Translations under genes and position numbers: made by a program
Notes under the pieces: generated by a model
What the model was told of the DNA's origin: nothing
The model's input: the letters and a program-made list of their open reading frames with translations, nothing else
The model's database searches: none
Assembly: GCA_001593685.1 (NCBI GenBank)
Contig: LUKI01000004.1
Location: 47,668-111,667 of the forward strand
Source: Gammaproteobacteria bacterium F7
GTDB lineage: Bacteria; Pseudomonadota; Gammaproteobacteria; Pseudomonadales; IMCC2047
Direction: 5' to 3'
Length of the DNA stretch: 64,000 nucleotides
Shown: one piece after another, positions 1 through 13,050 of the stretch
Position numbering within the stretch: the first letter of the stretch is position 1
How the letters are laid out: every line of letters begins with the position of its first letter

Positions 1-258
1 TGCTCACCGGATATGAGTTACGCAGATTGGACTGAGCTTTTCTCTTGCACAGCCATGCGTATTTTCAGTCTGTTAGCGCTGTTATCTATGATTGCTCATG
101 CCTGGATTGGTATCTGGACAATCGCTACTGATTACCTGACACCGATGTCTTTTGGCAAGGCTGCGACAAAAGTTCGTTTCCTGTTTCTGTGTGTGTGTGC
201 GGTCGTGCTGTTTGTTTACCTGATCTGGGGTATTGATATTTTGTGGAGTGTTAAATAA
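1..258 (+). CDS. sdhD: Succinate dehydrogenase hydrophobic membrane anchor (5' truncated by window edge)
   Basis: Hydrophobic ORF with HAWIG..I.TDY motif; stop overlaps the sdhA start; frame is open from position 1. Confidence 0.93.
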   Translation, partial: CSPDMSYADWTELFSCTAMRIFSLLALLSMIAHAWIGIWTIATDYLTPMSFGKAATKVRFLFLCVCAVVLFVYLIWGIDILWSVK

Positions 259-2030
259 TGGCGAATATCAGAACACTGAATTACGATGCCGTGATCATCG
301 GTGGTGGTGGTGCTGGTATGCGCGCCGCTCTACAGTTGGCCCAGTCGGGTTATAAAACAGCTGTAATCACAAAAGTTTTTCCAACTCGTTCTCACACGGT
401 TTCGGCGCAGGGTGGTATTACCTGTGCGATCGCGAGTAACGATCCGAATGATGATTGGCGCTGGCACATGTATGACACCGTAAAGGGTGCCGATTACATT
501 GGTGACCAAGACGCGATCGAGTACATGTGTAGTGTTGGCCCTGAAGCAGTATTCGAACTGGAGCACATGGGGCTGCCATTCTCCCGTACTGAAGAAGGCC
601 GTATTTACCAGCGTCCTTTCGGTGGACAGTCTAAAGACTACGGTAAAGGTGGTCAGGCGGCTCGTACCTGTGCTGCTGCTGACCGTACTGGTCACGCACT
701 GTTACACGCTCTGTATCAGGGTAACCTGAAAAATGAAGCGGTATTTTTGAACGAGTGGTTCGCTACGGACCTGGTTAAGAACCAGGACGGTGCGGTGGTT
801 GGTGTTAACGCCATCTGCATGGAAACCGGCGAAACTGTTTACGTGAAAGCGAAAGCAACTGTATTCGCTACGGGTGGTGCAGGTCGTATGTTCGCCTCTA
901 CAACAAACGCCCACATCAATACGGGTGACGGTGTTGGTATGGCGCTGCGTGCGGGTATCGGCGTGCAGGACATCGAAATGTGGCAGTTCCACCCAACCGG
1001 TATTCACGGTGCAGGTGTACTGGTTACTGAAGGTTGTCGTGGAGAAGGTGGATACCTGATCAACAAAGATGGCGAACGCTTCATGGAGCGTTATGCGCCT
1101 AACGCGAAAGACCTAGCTGGACGTGACGTTGTGGCTCGTTCCATGGTTAAAGAAATTCTGGAAGGTCGTGGTTGTGGGCCTAATGGCGACCACGTACACC
1201 TGAAACTGGATCACCTCGGTGAAGAAGTGCTGGAAAGCCGTCTGCCGGGTATTTGTGAATTGTCACGTACCTTCGCACATGTTGACCCTGTGACTGCGCC
1301 AGTGCCGGTTGTTCCGACCTGTCACTACATGATGGGCGGTATCGCCACAAATATTAATGGTCAGGCGATTACTCAGGACGCTAACGGTAACGACCAAGTC
1401 ATCCCTGGTTTGTTTGCCTGTGGTGAAGTTGCCTGTGTATCTGTACATGGTGCAAACCGACTGGGTGGTAACTCTCTGCTTGATTTGGTGGTATTCGGTC
1501 GTGCGTCGGGTCTGTTCATTGAGAAGCAGCTGCGTGAAGGTGTTGATTACCGTGATGCAACAGAGTCTGATCATGAGGCATCCATGGCGCGTCTGAACAA
1601 GCTAAATACTTCTACTGGTGGCGAAAGCGCTGCTCAACTGCGTACTGAGCTGCAAAGCATCATGCAGAACCACTTCGGCGTATTCCGTCGCGGTGACTTT
1701 ATGCAGGAAGGTATCAAGAAGCTGGCTGATCTGCGTGGCCGTATGGAAAACATTGAGCTGGTTGATAAATCTGGTGCCTACAATACTAACCGTATTGAAG
1801 CGCTGGAATTACAGAACCTGTTTGAAGTGGCTGAAGCAACGGCGATTACTGCGGAAGAGCGTAAAGAAAGCCGTGGTGCTCACGCACGTGACGACTATGA
1901 GTCTCGTGATGATGAGAACTGGTTGTGCCACTCCTTCTATACGCCGGGTGAAAAACGAGTATCTAAGCGTGACGTTAACTTCTCGCCTAAGACCGTTGAC
2001 ACCTTTGAGCCTAAAGAACGTACTTACTAA
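258..2030 (+). CDS. sdhA: Succinate dehydrogenase flavoprotein subunit
   Basis: GGGGAG FAD motif, [10 protein letters not shown] covalent-FAD His, QFHPT and [11 protein letters not shown] motifs. Confidence 0.99.
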   Translation: MANIRTLNYDAVIIGGGGAGMRAALQLAQSGYKTAVITKVFPTRSHTVSAQGGITCAIASNDPNDDWRWHMYDTVKGADYIGDQDAIEYMCSVGPEAVFELEHMGLPFSRTEEGRIYQRPFGGQSKDYGKGGQAARTCAAADRTGHALLHALYQGNLKNEAVFLNEWFATDLVKNQDGAVVGVNAICMETGETVYVKAKATVFATGGAGRMFASTTNAHINTGDGVGMALRAGIGVQDIEMWQFHPTGIHGAGVLVTEGCRGEGGYLINKDGERFMERYAPNAKDLAGRDVVARSMVKEILEGRGCGPNGDHVHLKLDHLGEEVLESRLPGICELSRTFAHVDPVTAPVPVVPTCHYMMGGIATNINGQAITQDANGNDQVIPGLFACGEVACVSVHGANRLGGNSLLDLVVFGRASGLFIEKQLREGVDYRDATESDHEASMARLNKLNTSTGGESAAQLRTELQSIMQNHFGVFRRGDFMQEGIKKLADLRGRMENIELVDKSGAYNTNRIEALELQNLFEVAEATAITAEERKESRGAHARDDYESRDDENWLCHSFYTPGEKRVSKRDVNFSPKTVDTFEPKERTY

Positions 2031-2044
2031 TCGGAAGACACATC

Positions 2045-2749
2045 ATGCTTACAGTTAGTCTTTATCGCTATAATCCTGAAACCGACAAAGCGCCGTACAT
2101 GCAGGACGTTCAGCTTGACACCGGTGGCAAGGACCTGATGGTGCTGGATGTGCTGGAATTACTGAAGGCACAGGATCCATCAATTGCCTATCGTCGTTCC
2201 TGCCGTGAAGGCGTATGTGGTTCCGATGGTATGAACATGAACGGTAAAAATGGCCTGGCCTGTATTACCGCACTGTCGGAAACTGTTAAAAACAACAAAC
2301 TGGTTCTGCGTCCGCTGCCTGGTTTGCCTGTGGTTCGTGACCTTGTGGTTGATATGTCTATCTTCTACAAGCAGTATGAGAAGGTTAAGCCTTTCCTCAT
2401 TAACAACAACCCGGCGCCTGCTATTGAGCGTCTGCAATCACCGGAAGATCGTGAAAAGCTGGATGGCCTGTACGAGTGTATTCTTTGTGCCTGTTGTTCA
2501 ACATCGTGTCCTTCTTTCTGGTGGAATCCAGATCGCTTCATCGGCCCAGCAGGACTGTTGCAAGCTTACCGCTTCCTGGCGGATAGCCGTGATACAGCCA
2601 CTGCTGATCGTCTGGCCAATCTTGATGATCCGTTCAGCGTATTCCGCTGCCGTGGTATCATGAACTGCGTAAGTGTTTGTCCTAAGGGGTTGAACCCGAC
2701 GCGTGCCATTGGTCATATTCGCGAGATGCTGATCAGACGTGCTACCTAA
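2045..2749 (+). CDS. sdhB: Succinate dehydrogenase iron-sulfur subunit
   Basis: SCREGVCGSD, CILCACCSTSCP and CRGIMNCVSVCP Fe-S motifs. Confidence 0.99.
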   Translation: MLTVSLYRYNPETDKAPYMQDVQLDTGGKDLMVLDVLELLKAQDPSIAYRRSCREGVCGSDGMNMNGKNGLACITALSETVKNNKLVLRPLPGLPVVRDLVVDMSIFYKQYEKVKPFLINNNPAPAIERLQSPEDREKLDGLYECILCACCSTSCPSFWWNPDRFIGPAGLLQAYRFLADSRDTATADRLANLDDPFSVFRCRGIMNCVSVCPKGLNPTRAIGHIREMLIRRAT

Positions 2750-2772
2750 TTGGTAACGCAATAAGCAAGTGT

Positions 2773-2812
2773 AAAGCGGCTAGGTTGAGTCATCGATCTA
2801 GCCGCTTTTTTT
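2773..2812 (+). terminator. Intrinsic terminator after sdhB
   Basis: AAAGCGGCTAG...CTAGCCGCTTT stem followed by a T-tract. Confidence 0.85.
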
Positions 2813-3007
2813 ATGCCTGAAATCATTGGCGGCACTTATTAGTCTCTGGGACTAAAGGATAATACCGGTAATTGCCCGACTTCGTTAAATTGTAGGTGTT
2901 ATAAGGCCGACGAGGTTGTTAAGCTTCAAGATAACAGTCTATATTGTTTAAACAGCAGCAAGCTTTAACCGTCTCGACAACCCCTATCATACGAAACAGG
3001 ATTAGCA

Positions 3008-5857
3008 GTGCAGCAAAGTAAGATGGAGCAGCAAAGTAAGATGGAGCAGATGTGGCAAACCGCTCATTTGCAGGGCAGTAACCTTACCTATGTAGAGCAG
3101 ATTTACGAAGCCTATCTTCGTGATCCAGAAACCATCTCCGCCGAGTGGCGAGATTATTTTGATAGTTTACCGAAAGTTAATGGCGAGCCAGCGATTGAGA
3201 TTGCTTATTCCGATATCGAAACGCAGTTTAAGACTATTGCGCAGCAGAGAAGTGGTAGTTATCAAATCGTTGATGCGGTTGATGTAGCGCACGAAAAGAA
3301 ACAAATGTGCGTGCAGCGCATGATTGTCAGTTACCGTACTCGTGGTCATCAGCATGCACAACTTGATCCGCTAAATTTACTTGAACGTGAAACCGTTCCC
3401 GATCTGGCGTTGGCCTATCACGGTTTAGAAGAGGCTGATTTAGGCACGGTATTTAGGTTAGGTACACTGCTATTAGGTCCAGCTAAAGCGCCGCTGAATG
3501 ACATACTGAGTGGGCTGCAAAAAACCTACTGCAGCTCGATTGGTTTCGAATTTATGCATATTGTGGATTCGAAGGTAAAAGTGTGGTTTCAGCAACGTGT
3601 GGAGCCGGTACAGGCCCACCCCGATTATAGTCATGAGGTCAAACGCCAGATCCTTCAGTCACTCACCAGTGCTGAGGGCTTAGAAAAGTACCTCGGCTCG
3701 CGTTATCCCGGCACCAAGCGTTTTGGATTGGAGGGTGGTGAAAGCCTGATCCCGATGATTGAAGAGCTGATTAACCGTGGCGCGGCCTATGGTGCCCAGG
3801 AAATGGTGATCGGCATGGCCCACCGTGGCCGTCTCAATGTGCTGGTGAATATACTTGGTAAAAAACCTTCTGAATTATTCGATGAGTTTGAAGGTAAAAA
3901 TTCGATTGATTATGGATCTGGTGATGTGAAATACCATCAGGGCTTTTCATCAAACTGGATTACTCCGCACGGAGATGTGCACCTGGCGTTATCTTTCAAT
4001 CCGTCACACCTGGAAATCGTTTCGCCGGTGGTTGAAGGCTCTGTACGAGCGCGCCAGGATCGCCGTGTTGATGAAGAGAAACACCGTGTCGTGCCCATTA
4101 TTATCCATGGCGATTCGGCGTTTGCCGGCCAGGGTGTGGTGATGGAAACGTTCCAGATGTCACAGACGCGGGGCTTCCATACAGGCGGCACCATCCACAT
4201 CATTATTAATAATCAGGTTGGATTTACCACCAGTGATCCTCGTGATACGCGCTCGACGGAATACTGTACTGATGTAGCGAAGATGATTGAAGCGCCGATT
4301 CTGCATGTTAATGGTGATGATCCGGAGGCCGTACTTTTTGTGACGCAGCTGGCGATGGACTACCGCAATGAATTCAAGCGTGACGTGGTCATTGATTTAG
4401 TGAGCTACCGCCGTCGTGGGCATAATGAGGCCGATGAGCCTTCCGCGACTCAACCCATGATGTATCAGCGCATTAAAAAACTGGAGACTACTCGCGAGCT
4501 GTATGCGGCTAAGTTAATTGCTGAGGGAGTTGTTACGGAGCAAACCAGCCAGAGCATGATCAATGATTACCGTGCAGCCTTGGACGAGGGTGGACATAAG
4601 CATTTCCGCTGGCAGCGAGAACCTGATTTTTCGATGTTTGTGGATTGGACGCCTTACCTGAATAATAAGTGGCGTAACACCTTTGATACGCGGATTGGTA
4701 TTGATCGGCTGAAGGCCTTGGGGCGTGCTATTACTACGGTGCCAGAAGGGTTTAGTCTGCAACGCCAGGTAAACAAAATCTATACTGATCGTCAGCAAAT
4801 GATTGAAGGTGAGATTCCCGTCGACTGGGGTTGCGCCGAAGCGCTGGCTTATGCCTCGTTGCTTAATGCTGGCTACTCGGTGCGGCTTACTGGACAGGAT
4901 GTTGGGCGAGGAACCTTTTCTCACCGCCATGCTGCCCTGTACTCGCAGACTGACGGTGAGCGTTATATCCCGTTGCAGCATATTAATGAAAACCAGCCCG
5001 ACTTTGATCTTTATGATTCCCTGCTGTCAGAAATGGCTGTGCTGGGATTTGAGTATGGCTACTCCAGCACCAATCCCAGGGCGATGGTGATTTGGGAGGC
5101 GCAATTTGGCGATTTTGCCAATAATGCGCAGGTGGTAATTGATCAGTTTATAACCAGTGGCGAGCATAAATGGAGTCGTCTGTCGGGGCTCACATTATTA
5201 CTGCCCCATGGTTATGAAGGGCAGGGGCCTGAGCACTCTTCAGCACGCCTCGAGCGCTTTATGCAGCTGTGCGCGGAGCAAAATATTCAGGTGTGTATTC
5301 CGACCACACCGAAACAGGTTTTCCATATGTTGCGGCGGCAAATGATTCGTCCGTTACGAAAACCGTTAATTGTGATGACAGCTAAAAGCCTGTTGCGACA
5401 CAAGCATGTTATTTCGCCTATCGAAGAGTTGGCTGAGGGTACTTTCAATCCCGTATTGGACGAAGTGGACGAGCTGGAAAGCAGCGCTGTGCGCCGGATC
5501 ATAATGTGTAGCGGTAAGATCTATTATGACTTGCTCAATGCGCGTCGCGAAGATGAGCGTGATGACTTAGCTATTATTCGTCTAGAGCAGTTATATCCTT
5601 TTCCCGAAGAGGAGCTATTTTCGGTACTTTCCCAGTATACCCAAATCAGGGAGCTGACCTGGGTACAGGAAGAGCCACTGAACCAGGGGGTTTGGTATAG
5701 CAGCCAACATCACATGCGCCGTACTATTGCCCGTCATAAAAATTACATTACTTTGAGCCAAGTATCCCGCGAAGCATCGGCTGCGCCTGCTGCGGGATAT
5801 ATGGGGCTGCACCAGGAGCAGCAGGCTAAGGTAATTCATGATGCGATTAATTTATAG
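3008..5857 (+). CDS. sucA: 2-oxoglutarate dehydrogenase E1
   Basis: KRFGLEGGE, GMAHRGRLN, HGDSAFAGQG, WEAQFGDF and GPEHSSAR motifs; GTG start with AGGA upstream. Confidence 0.99.
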   Translation: MQQSKMEQQSKMEQMWQTAHLQGSNLTYVEQIYEAYLRDPETISAEWRDYFDSLPKVNGEPAIEIAYSDIETQFKTIAQQRSGSYQIVDAVDVAHEKKQMCVQRMIVSYRTRGHQHAQLDPLNLLERETVPDLALAYHGLEEADLGTVFRLGTLLLGPAKAPLNDILSGLQKTYCSSIGFEFMHIVDSKVKVWFQQRVEPVQAHPDYSHEVKRQILQSLTSAEGLEKYLGSRYPGTKRFGLEGGESLIPMIEELINRGAAYGAQEMVIGMAHRGRLNVLVNILGKKPSELFDEFEGKNSIDYGSGDVKYHQGFSSNWITPHGDVHLALSFNPSHLEIVSPVVEGSVRARQDRRVDEEKHRVVPIIIHGDSAFAGQGVVMETFQMSQTRGFHTGGTIHIIINNQVGFTTSDPRDTRSTEYCTDVAKMIEAPILHVNGDDPEAVLFVTQLAMDYRNEFKRDVVIDLVSYRRRGHNEADEPSATQPMMYQRIKKLETTRELYAAKLIAEGVVTEQTSQSMINDYRAALDEGGHKHFRWQREPDFSMFVDWTPYLNNKWRNTFDTRIGIDRLKALGRAITTVPEGFSLQRQVNKIYTDRQQMIEGEIPVDWGCAEALAYASLLNAGYSVRLTGQDVGRGTFSHRHAALYSQTDGERYIPLQHINENQPDFDLYDSLLSEMAVLGFEYGYSSTNPRAMVIWEAQFGDFANNAQVVIDQFITSGEHKWSRLSGLTLLLPHGYEGQGPEHSSARLERFMQLCAEQNIQVCIPTTPKQVFHMLRRQMIRPLRKPLIVMTAKSLLRHKHVISPIEELAEGTFNPVLDEVDELESSAVRRIIMCSGKIYYDLLNARREDERDDLAIIRLEQLYPFPEEELFSVLSQYTQIRELTWVQEEPLNQGVWYSSQHHMRRTIARHKNYITLSQVSREASAAPAAGYMGLHQEQQAKVIHDAINL
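3011..3049 (+). repeat. Perfect 18-bp tandem duplication at the sucA 5' end
   Basis: CAGCAAAGTAAGATGGAG at 3011-3028 and 3029-3046, then CAG; encodes QQSKME twice. Confidence 0.95.
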
Positions 5858-5866
5858 GGATAAATC

Positions 5867-8568
<2,702 letters not shown>

Positions 8569-8584
8569 CCGGCTTGTGGCATAT

Positions 8585-8670
8585 CGAACAGCGTAACAAA
8601 GCTCTGCGTTTGGGGCAGACTTGCACCGCTGTTCGGGATGGCATGCTTATTTGAACCATTCGTAGAATGG
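8585..8670 (+). promoter_or_regulatory. Structured leader upstream of sucC (candidate sucC-type RNA element)
   Basis: CGAACAGCG (8585-8593) pairs with CGCTGTTCG (8627-8635), enclosing TCTGC/GCAGA; second hairpin CCATTC-GTA-GAATGG lies just before the AGGAG RBS. Confidence 0.5.
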
Positions 8671-8688
8671 CCATCAGGAGATTCCTAC

Positions 8689-9861
8689 ATGAACTTACAT
8701 GAGTACCAGAGCAAGCAGCTGCTGGGCGAATACGGTTTGCCCGTTTCACACGGCATTGCTGTGGATACGGTAAAAAAAGCAGTGGCTGCTGCCGGTGAAA
8801 TTGGTGGTGAAAAGTGGGTCGTAAAAGCTCAGGTACATGCCGGCGGACGAGGTAAAGCTGGCGGTGTTAAAGTCGTTGATAATAAGGATGATGTAGCCAG
8901 TTTTGCACGTGACTGGTTGGGGCAACGCATGGTGACCTATCAAACCGATGCAAAAGGGCAGCCGGTTAACCGAATACTGGTCGAGCCCTGTACTGAAATT
9001 GCGAAAGAATACTATTTGGGAGTAGTGATTGATCGAGCTACACGCCGAATTGTTTTTATGGCCTCCACTGAGGGGGGCGTGGAAATCGAAAAGGTTGCCG
9101 CCGAGACACCAGAGAAAATTTTAAAGGCCATTATTGATCCGCTAACAGGCGCACAACCTTACCAGGCGAGAAAAATGGCCTTTAAATTAGGCTTTGAAGG
9201 CAAACAGGTTCAGCAGTTTACGCAAATTTTTCTGGGCCTTGCCAAAGTATTTGAAGACTGTGACTTGTCATTGCTGGAAATAAATCCGCTGGTAGTAACG
9301 CCGAAAGGAAAGCTGCAGTGTCTGGATGCCAAAATTAATGTTGATGATAACGCGCTTTATCGTCAGGCAAAATTGAAAGAGTGGCATGATCCCACTCAGG
9401 AAGATGAACGCGAAGCGCATGCCCAAAAGTGGGACCTTAATTATGTCGCGCTGGATGGCAATATTGGCTGTATGGTGAATGGTGCCGGATTGGCAATGGG
9501 AACCATGGACATGATTAAGCTGCATGGCGGCGAGCCGGCTAATTTTCTTGATGTTGGTGGTGGTGCGACTAAGGAGCGTGTGTCGGAAGCGCTGAAAATT
9601 ATTCTTTCTGATGAAAATGTAAAAGTGGTGCTGGTCAATATTTTTGGCGGTATCGTGCGCTGTGACTTGATTGCCAACGGGGTGATTGAGGCTGTTGAAG
9701 AGGTGGGTGTGACTGTACCGGTAGTGGTCAGGCTTGAGGGAACAAACGCGGAGCAGGGACGAGATATTCTGCAGCAACGCGCGGGAATGAATTTGGTAGC
9801 GGCGGGTAGTTTATCCGAGTCTGCCCAGAAAGCGGTAGATGCAGCGGAGGCCGTTCAATGA
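8689..9861 (+). CDS. sucC: Succinyl-CoA synthetase beta subunit
   Basis: Start set at MNLHEYQ (AGGAG RBS at 8676-8680); [14 protein letters not shown] and NFLDVGGG motifs. Confidence 0.98.
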   Translation: MNLHEYQSKQLLGEYGLPVSHGIAVDTVKKAVAAAGEIGGEKWVVKAQVHAGGRGKAGGVKVVDNKDDVASFARDWLGQRMVTYQTDAKGQPVNRILVEPCTEIAKEYYLGVVIDRATRRIVFMASTEGGVEIEKVAAETPEKILKAIIDPLTGAQPYQARKMAFKLGFEGKQVQQFTQIFLGLAKVFEDCDLSLLEINPLVVTPKGKLQCLDAKINVDDNALYRQAKLKEWHDPTQEDEREAHAQKWDLNYVALDGNIGCMVNGAGLAMGTMDMIKLHGGEPANFLDVGGGATKERVSEALKIILSDENVKVVLVNIFGGIVRCDLIANGVIEAVEEVGVTVPVVVRLEGTNAEQGRDILQQRAGMNLVAAGSLSESAQKAVDAAEAVQ

Positions 9862-10733
9862 GCATATTAATTGATAAAAATACTAAAGTGATTTGCCAGG
9901 GATTAACCGGTGCTCAGGGCTCTTTTCACACCGAACAGGCATTAGCGTGTGGCACTCAAGTGGTTGCTGGTGTTGTGCCGGGCAAAGGCGGGCAAACGCA
10001 TCTTGGCTTGCCGGTTTTTAATAGTGTTAAAGAAGCCAAAGAAGTGACTGGGGCGACGGCGTCGGTGCTTTATGTGCCAGCTGCTTTTTGTAAAGACTCT
10101 ATTCTTGAAGCCGCGAATGCCGGCATTGAACTGATTGTTTGTATTACTGAAGGCATTCCAACATTGGATATGCTGTATGTGAAGGAAAAGTGTGATCAGC
10201 TCGGTGTGCGTCTGGTGGGGCCAAACTGCCCCGGTGTGATTACACCCGGGGAATGTAAAATTGGCATTATGCCTGCGTCGATTCACCTGCCAGGTAAAGT
10301 GGGCGTGGTGTCGCGCTCCGGTACGTTAACCTATGAAGCAGTTAAGCAAACCACCGATTATGGTTTCGGCCAGTCAACTTGCGTCGGTATTGGTGGAGAT
10401 CCTATTCCTGGATCGCATTTTATTGATATTCTTGCGTTGTTTGAAGCTGACCCAAAAACTGAAGCGATTGTGATGATTGGTGAAATTGGTGGCACGGCAG
10501 AGGAAGAGGCGGCCGCCTATATTCGTGACCATGTTAGCAAGCCAGTTGTGTCCTATATTGCGGGTGTTGCCGCGCCGGCAGGCAAGCGTATGGGGCATGC
10601 TGGAGCCATTATTGCCGGTGGTAAGGGCACTGCTGACGAGAAGTTTGCAGCGCTGGAAGCGGCCGGTGTGAAAACGGTTAGAAGCCTTGCTTGCATCGGT
10701 GAAGCGCTGGCAGAGATTACTGGTTGGTCATAG
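9858..10733 (+). CDS. sucD: Succinyl-CoA synthetase alpha subunit
   Basis: [15 protein letters not shown] and phospho-His motif MGHAGA; ATGA overlap with sucC. Confidence 0.98.
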   Translation: MSILIDKNTKVICQGLTGAQGSFHTEQALACGTQVVAGVVPGKGGQTHLGLPVFNSVKEAKEVTGATASVLYVPAAFCKDSILEAANAGIELIVCITEGIPTLDMLYVKEKCDQLGVRLVGPNCPGVITPGECKIGIMPASIHLPGKVGVVSRSGTLTYEAVKQTTDYGFGQSTCVGIGGDPIPGSHFIDILALFEADPKTEAIVMIGEIGGTAEEEAAAYIRDHVSKPVVSYIAGVAAPAGKRMGHAGAIIAGGKGTADEKFAALEAAGVKTVRSLACIGEALAEITGWS

Positions 10734-10748
10734 GCTGTTAAGTTAAGC

Positions 10749-10779
10749 AAAAAAGGGTGTCTGCGGACGCCCTTTTTTT
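10749..10779 (+). terminator. Intrinsic terminator after sucD
   Basis: AAAAAAGGGTGTC-TGCG-GACGCCCTTTTTTT. Confidence 0.88.
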
Positions 10780-10837
10780 GTGGGTGTAATTTTTATGATT
10801 TAGTGGTCATAGTAAACGTATAACAAGGTTTGTGTTT

Positions 10838-11221
10838 ATGTTTACTGTTATCTCTGCGTTTGGACTACTGATTGCCGCAATTGGTTTATGGGGGTTTATT
10901 CTGCCGAAACCCTTTATGCGAGCCATGCAAACCTTTGTGCTTTCTTCAAAAGGACTCTACATCATTTTCGGTTTTCGGTTATTGCTGGGTTCTCTGTTAC
11001 TGATCGCCGCGCCCATGAGTCATTATTCAACATTATTTTATGTGGTCGGTGTGCTAGCACTGTTTGGTGCCATGGTGACCTTGATGCTGGGACCAGATAA
11101 TATTGAGCGTTATATGCAGTGGTGGCTTTTGCGTCCGGCAATTTGTTTGCGTGTCATGATGTTAATTGCCTGGCTGTTAGGCGTTGTACTTATTTATGTG
11201 TCATTGTTAAGCATTAATTGA
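10838..11221 (+). CDS. Hypothetical inner-membrane protein (about 4 TM segments)
   Basis: Hydrophobic ORF; ATG at 10838 preceded by AAGG; family not recognised with certainty. Confidence 0.7.
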   Translation: MFTVISAFGLLIAAIGLWGFILPKPFMRAMQTFVLSSKGLYIIFGFRLLLGSLLLIAAPMSHYSTLFYVVGVLALFGAMVTLMLGPDNIERYMQWWLLRPAICLRVMMLIAWLLGVVLIYVSLLSIN

Positions 11222-11335
11222 TCCAGGCCTACGGCTATTTCGTTTTAGATACTGCTAGAGCTTGATTCAGCGGCCCAACTACAACATGATGGCTTTATAT
11301 TGATCCATAAACGCGATAAGGAATAGCGCTACTTA

Positions 11336-12277
11336 ATGATGATGCTAAAGAACGTTGGCTTTTTTCTGTTAGCAACACTTCTGGTTCTTAATTTTCCAAC
11401 AGCCACGGCCTACGAAAGGACTGAGGATGTGCAAGGAGCGTCTGATTCTGAGCTATTTGAACGCTACCCCCGCACTAAAATTGACGAATTCAGTGTCGTT
11501 GAGGCAAACGATTATCTGTTGGCGCTTGATTCACCGAAGACCGTGAATGGTGTCATGGATATTGAGTATTCCGAACGCTTGGCGGGGCAATTAACACGTA
11601 TTACCTACCGTGCGCCGGACGGCGAAGATTCAAAAAAAATATTTGGTCATTTCCGTAGCCAGCTGACTTCTTTATCACATGAGCTTTTATTTGAATGCCA
11701 TGGTCGTGAGTGTGGCAGCAGTAATCAGTGGGCAAACCGTATTTTTGGTATTGCAAAACTCTACGGCCCCCAGCGTTACCAGCATTATTTGGCGGCTCAA
11801 ATCAATACCGATAACGGGCCTGTTTTTATGGTGCTTTACAGTATTAAGCGAGGTAATAAGCGGGTATACACGCAGCTTGATTTGTTAACGCCGGATAGCA
11901 ACAGTGCGAAGTCTCTTGATGTGAACCCCCGAACTATTATTAATGAACTCAAATACACGGGGGTCTATGATCTTCGTAACCTTAGCTTTGATGATAATGA
12001 TGAAGTGACGGTGGTCGCTGAACAGCGATTAAAACCGGTTGCCAATGCGCTAAGTAAAAATACCCGTTTAGAGTGCTACGTGGTTGGACACTTGACAGAT
12101 GAGCAGCCGCTAACCGATTTAAAAAAGCGCTCTTTGGCGCGGGCTGAGTCAGTCATTAAGGCTTTGGTTAAGCTGGGTGTTAATGCCGATCAGCTGAATG
12201 CACAGGGCGTTGGTCCATTGGCGCCCATTCGCCGTGGTACGGAAAACTTAAATAGAATCAGTCTTGTACTTCAGTAG
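11336..12277 (+). CDS. Exported protein, DUF4892-like domain plus C-terminal OmpA-like domain
   Basis: Signal peptide; FEC.GRECGSSN.WAN motif; C-terminal VVGH...LS..RA.SV...L...GV...G.GPLAP...NR. Confidence 0.8.
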   Translation: MMMLKNVGFFLLATLLVLNFPTATAYERTEDVQGASDSELFERYPRTKIDEFSVVEANDYLLALDSPKTVNGVMDIEYSERLAGQLTRITYRAPDGEDSKKIFGHFRSQLTSLSHELLFECHGRECGSSNQWANRIFGIAKLYGPQRYQHYLAAQINTDNGPVFMVLYSIKRGNKRVYTQLDLLTPDSNSAKSLDVNPRTIINELKYTGVYDLRNLSFDDNDEVTVVAEQRLKPVANALSKNTRLECYVVGHLTDEQPLTDLKKRSLARAESVIKALVKLGVNADQLNAQGVGPLAPIRRGTENLNRISLVLQ

Positions 12278-12289
12278 TTAAACGCGCAC

Positions 12290-12325
12290 AAAAAAGCCCC
12301 GCTGGTTTTGCCAGCGGGGCTTTTT
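12290..12325. terminator. Bidirectional terminator between convergent genes
   Basis: A6-GCCCCGCTGG-TTTTG-CCAGCGGGGC-T5. Confidence 0.9.
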
Positions 12326-12343
12326 ATTGGCTTTGGTTTTCTA

Positions 12344-12886
12344 TCAATCTTTAATCAGTGATAGAAACTCGCTGCGTGTTGCGTGGTTTTCACGGAAGAT
12401 ACCCAGCATAGAAGACGTCTTCATGGAAGAGTTTTGCTTCTCTACACCGCGCATCATCATGCACATGTGCTTGGCTTCAACGATAACACCCACACCGCGT
12501 GCGTCGGTCACATCCATAATTGACTGAGCGATTTCCTGTGTCAGTTTTTCCTGAATTTGCAGGCGGCGGGCAAACATGTCAACAACACGAGCAACCTTGG
12601 AGAGGCCTAGTACACGGCCATTTGGAATATAGGCAACGTGACATTTTCCAATGAATGGCAACAGGTGGTGTTCGCATAAGGAATACAGCTCAATATCCTT
12701 AACAATGACCATTTCGTCACACTCTGATTCGAACAGTGCGTTGTTAACGATCTCTTCCAGGGACTGTTCGTAACCACGATTGATAAACGCAAAAGCCTTG
12801 GCGGCACGTTTAGGAGTGTCTACTAGACCTTCACGATTCAGGTCTTCGCCAATTGCTTCAATAATCTTTGCGAAATGTTGTTCCAT
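12344..12886 (-). CDS. folE: GTP cyclohydrolase I
   Basis: [23 protein letters not shown] and HMCMMMRGV motifs. Confidence 0.98.
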   Translation of the reverse strand: MEQHFAKIIEAIGEDLNREGLVDTPKRAAKAFAFINRGYEQSLEEIVNNALFESECDEMVIVKDIELYSLCEHHLLPFIGKCHVAYIPNGRVLGLSKVARVVDMFARRLQIQEKLTQEIAQSIMDVTDARGVGVIVEAKHMCMMMRGVEKQNSSMKTSSMLGIFRENHATRSEFLSLIKD

Positions 12887-13050
12887 TTGCCTTCCAAACT
12901 AGTTCAAAAAAATTGGGTGCTAACCCTACGCCAAGGGGCCCTTGAGGTAAAGTTTTTTTGCGCTGAAGCGCCTTATTTAGCGCAATAGGAGGGATATTTT
13001 CGCTTATATTGGATAGAATTGCTCGTCTTAAAACAAACGTTGGTATTTTC

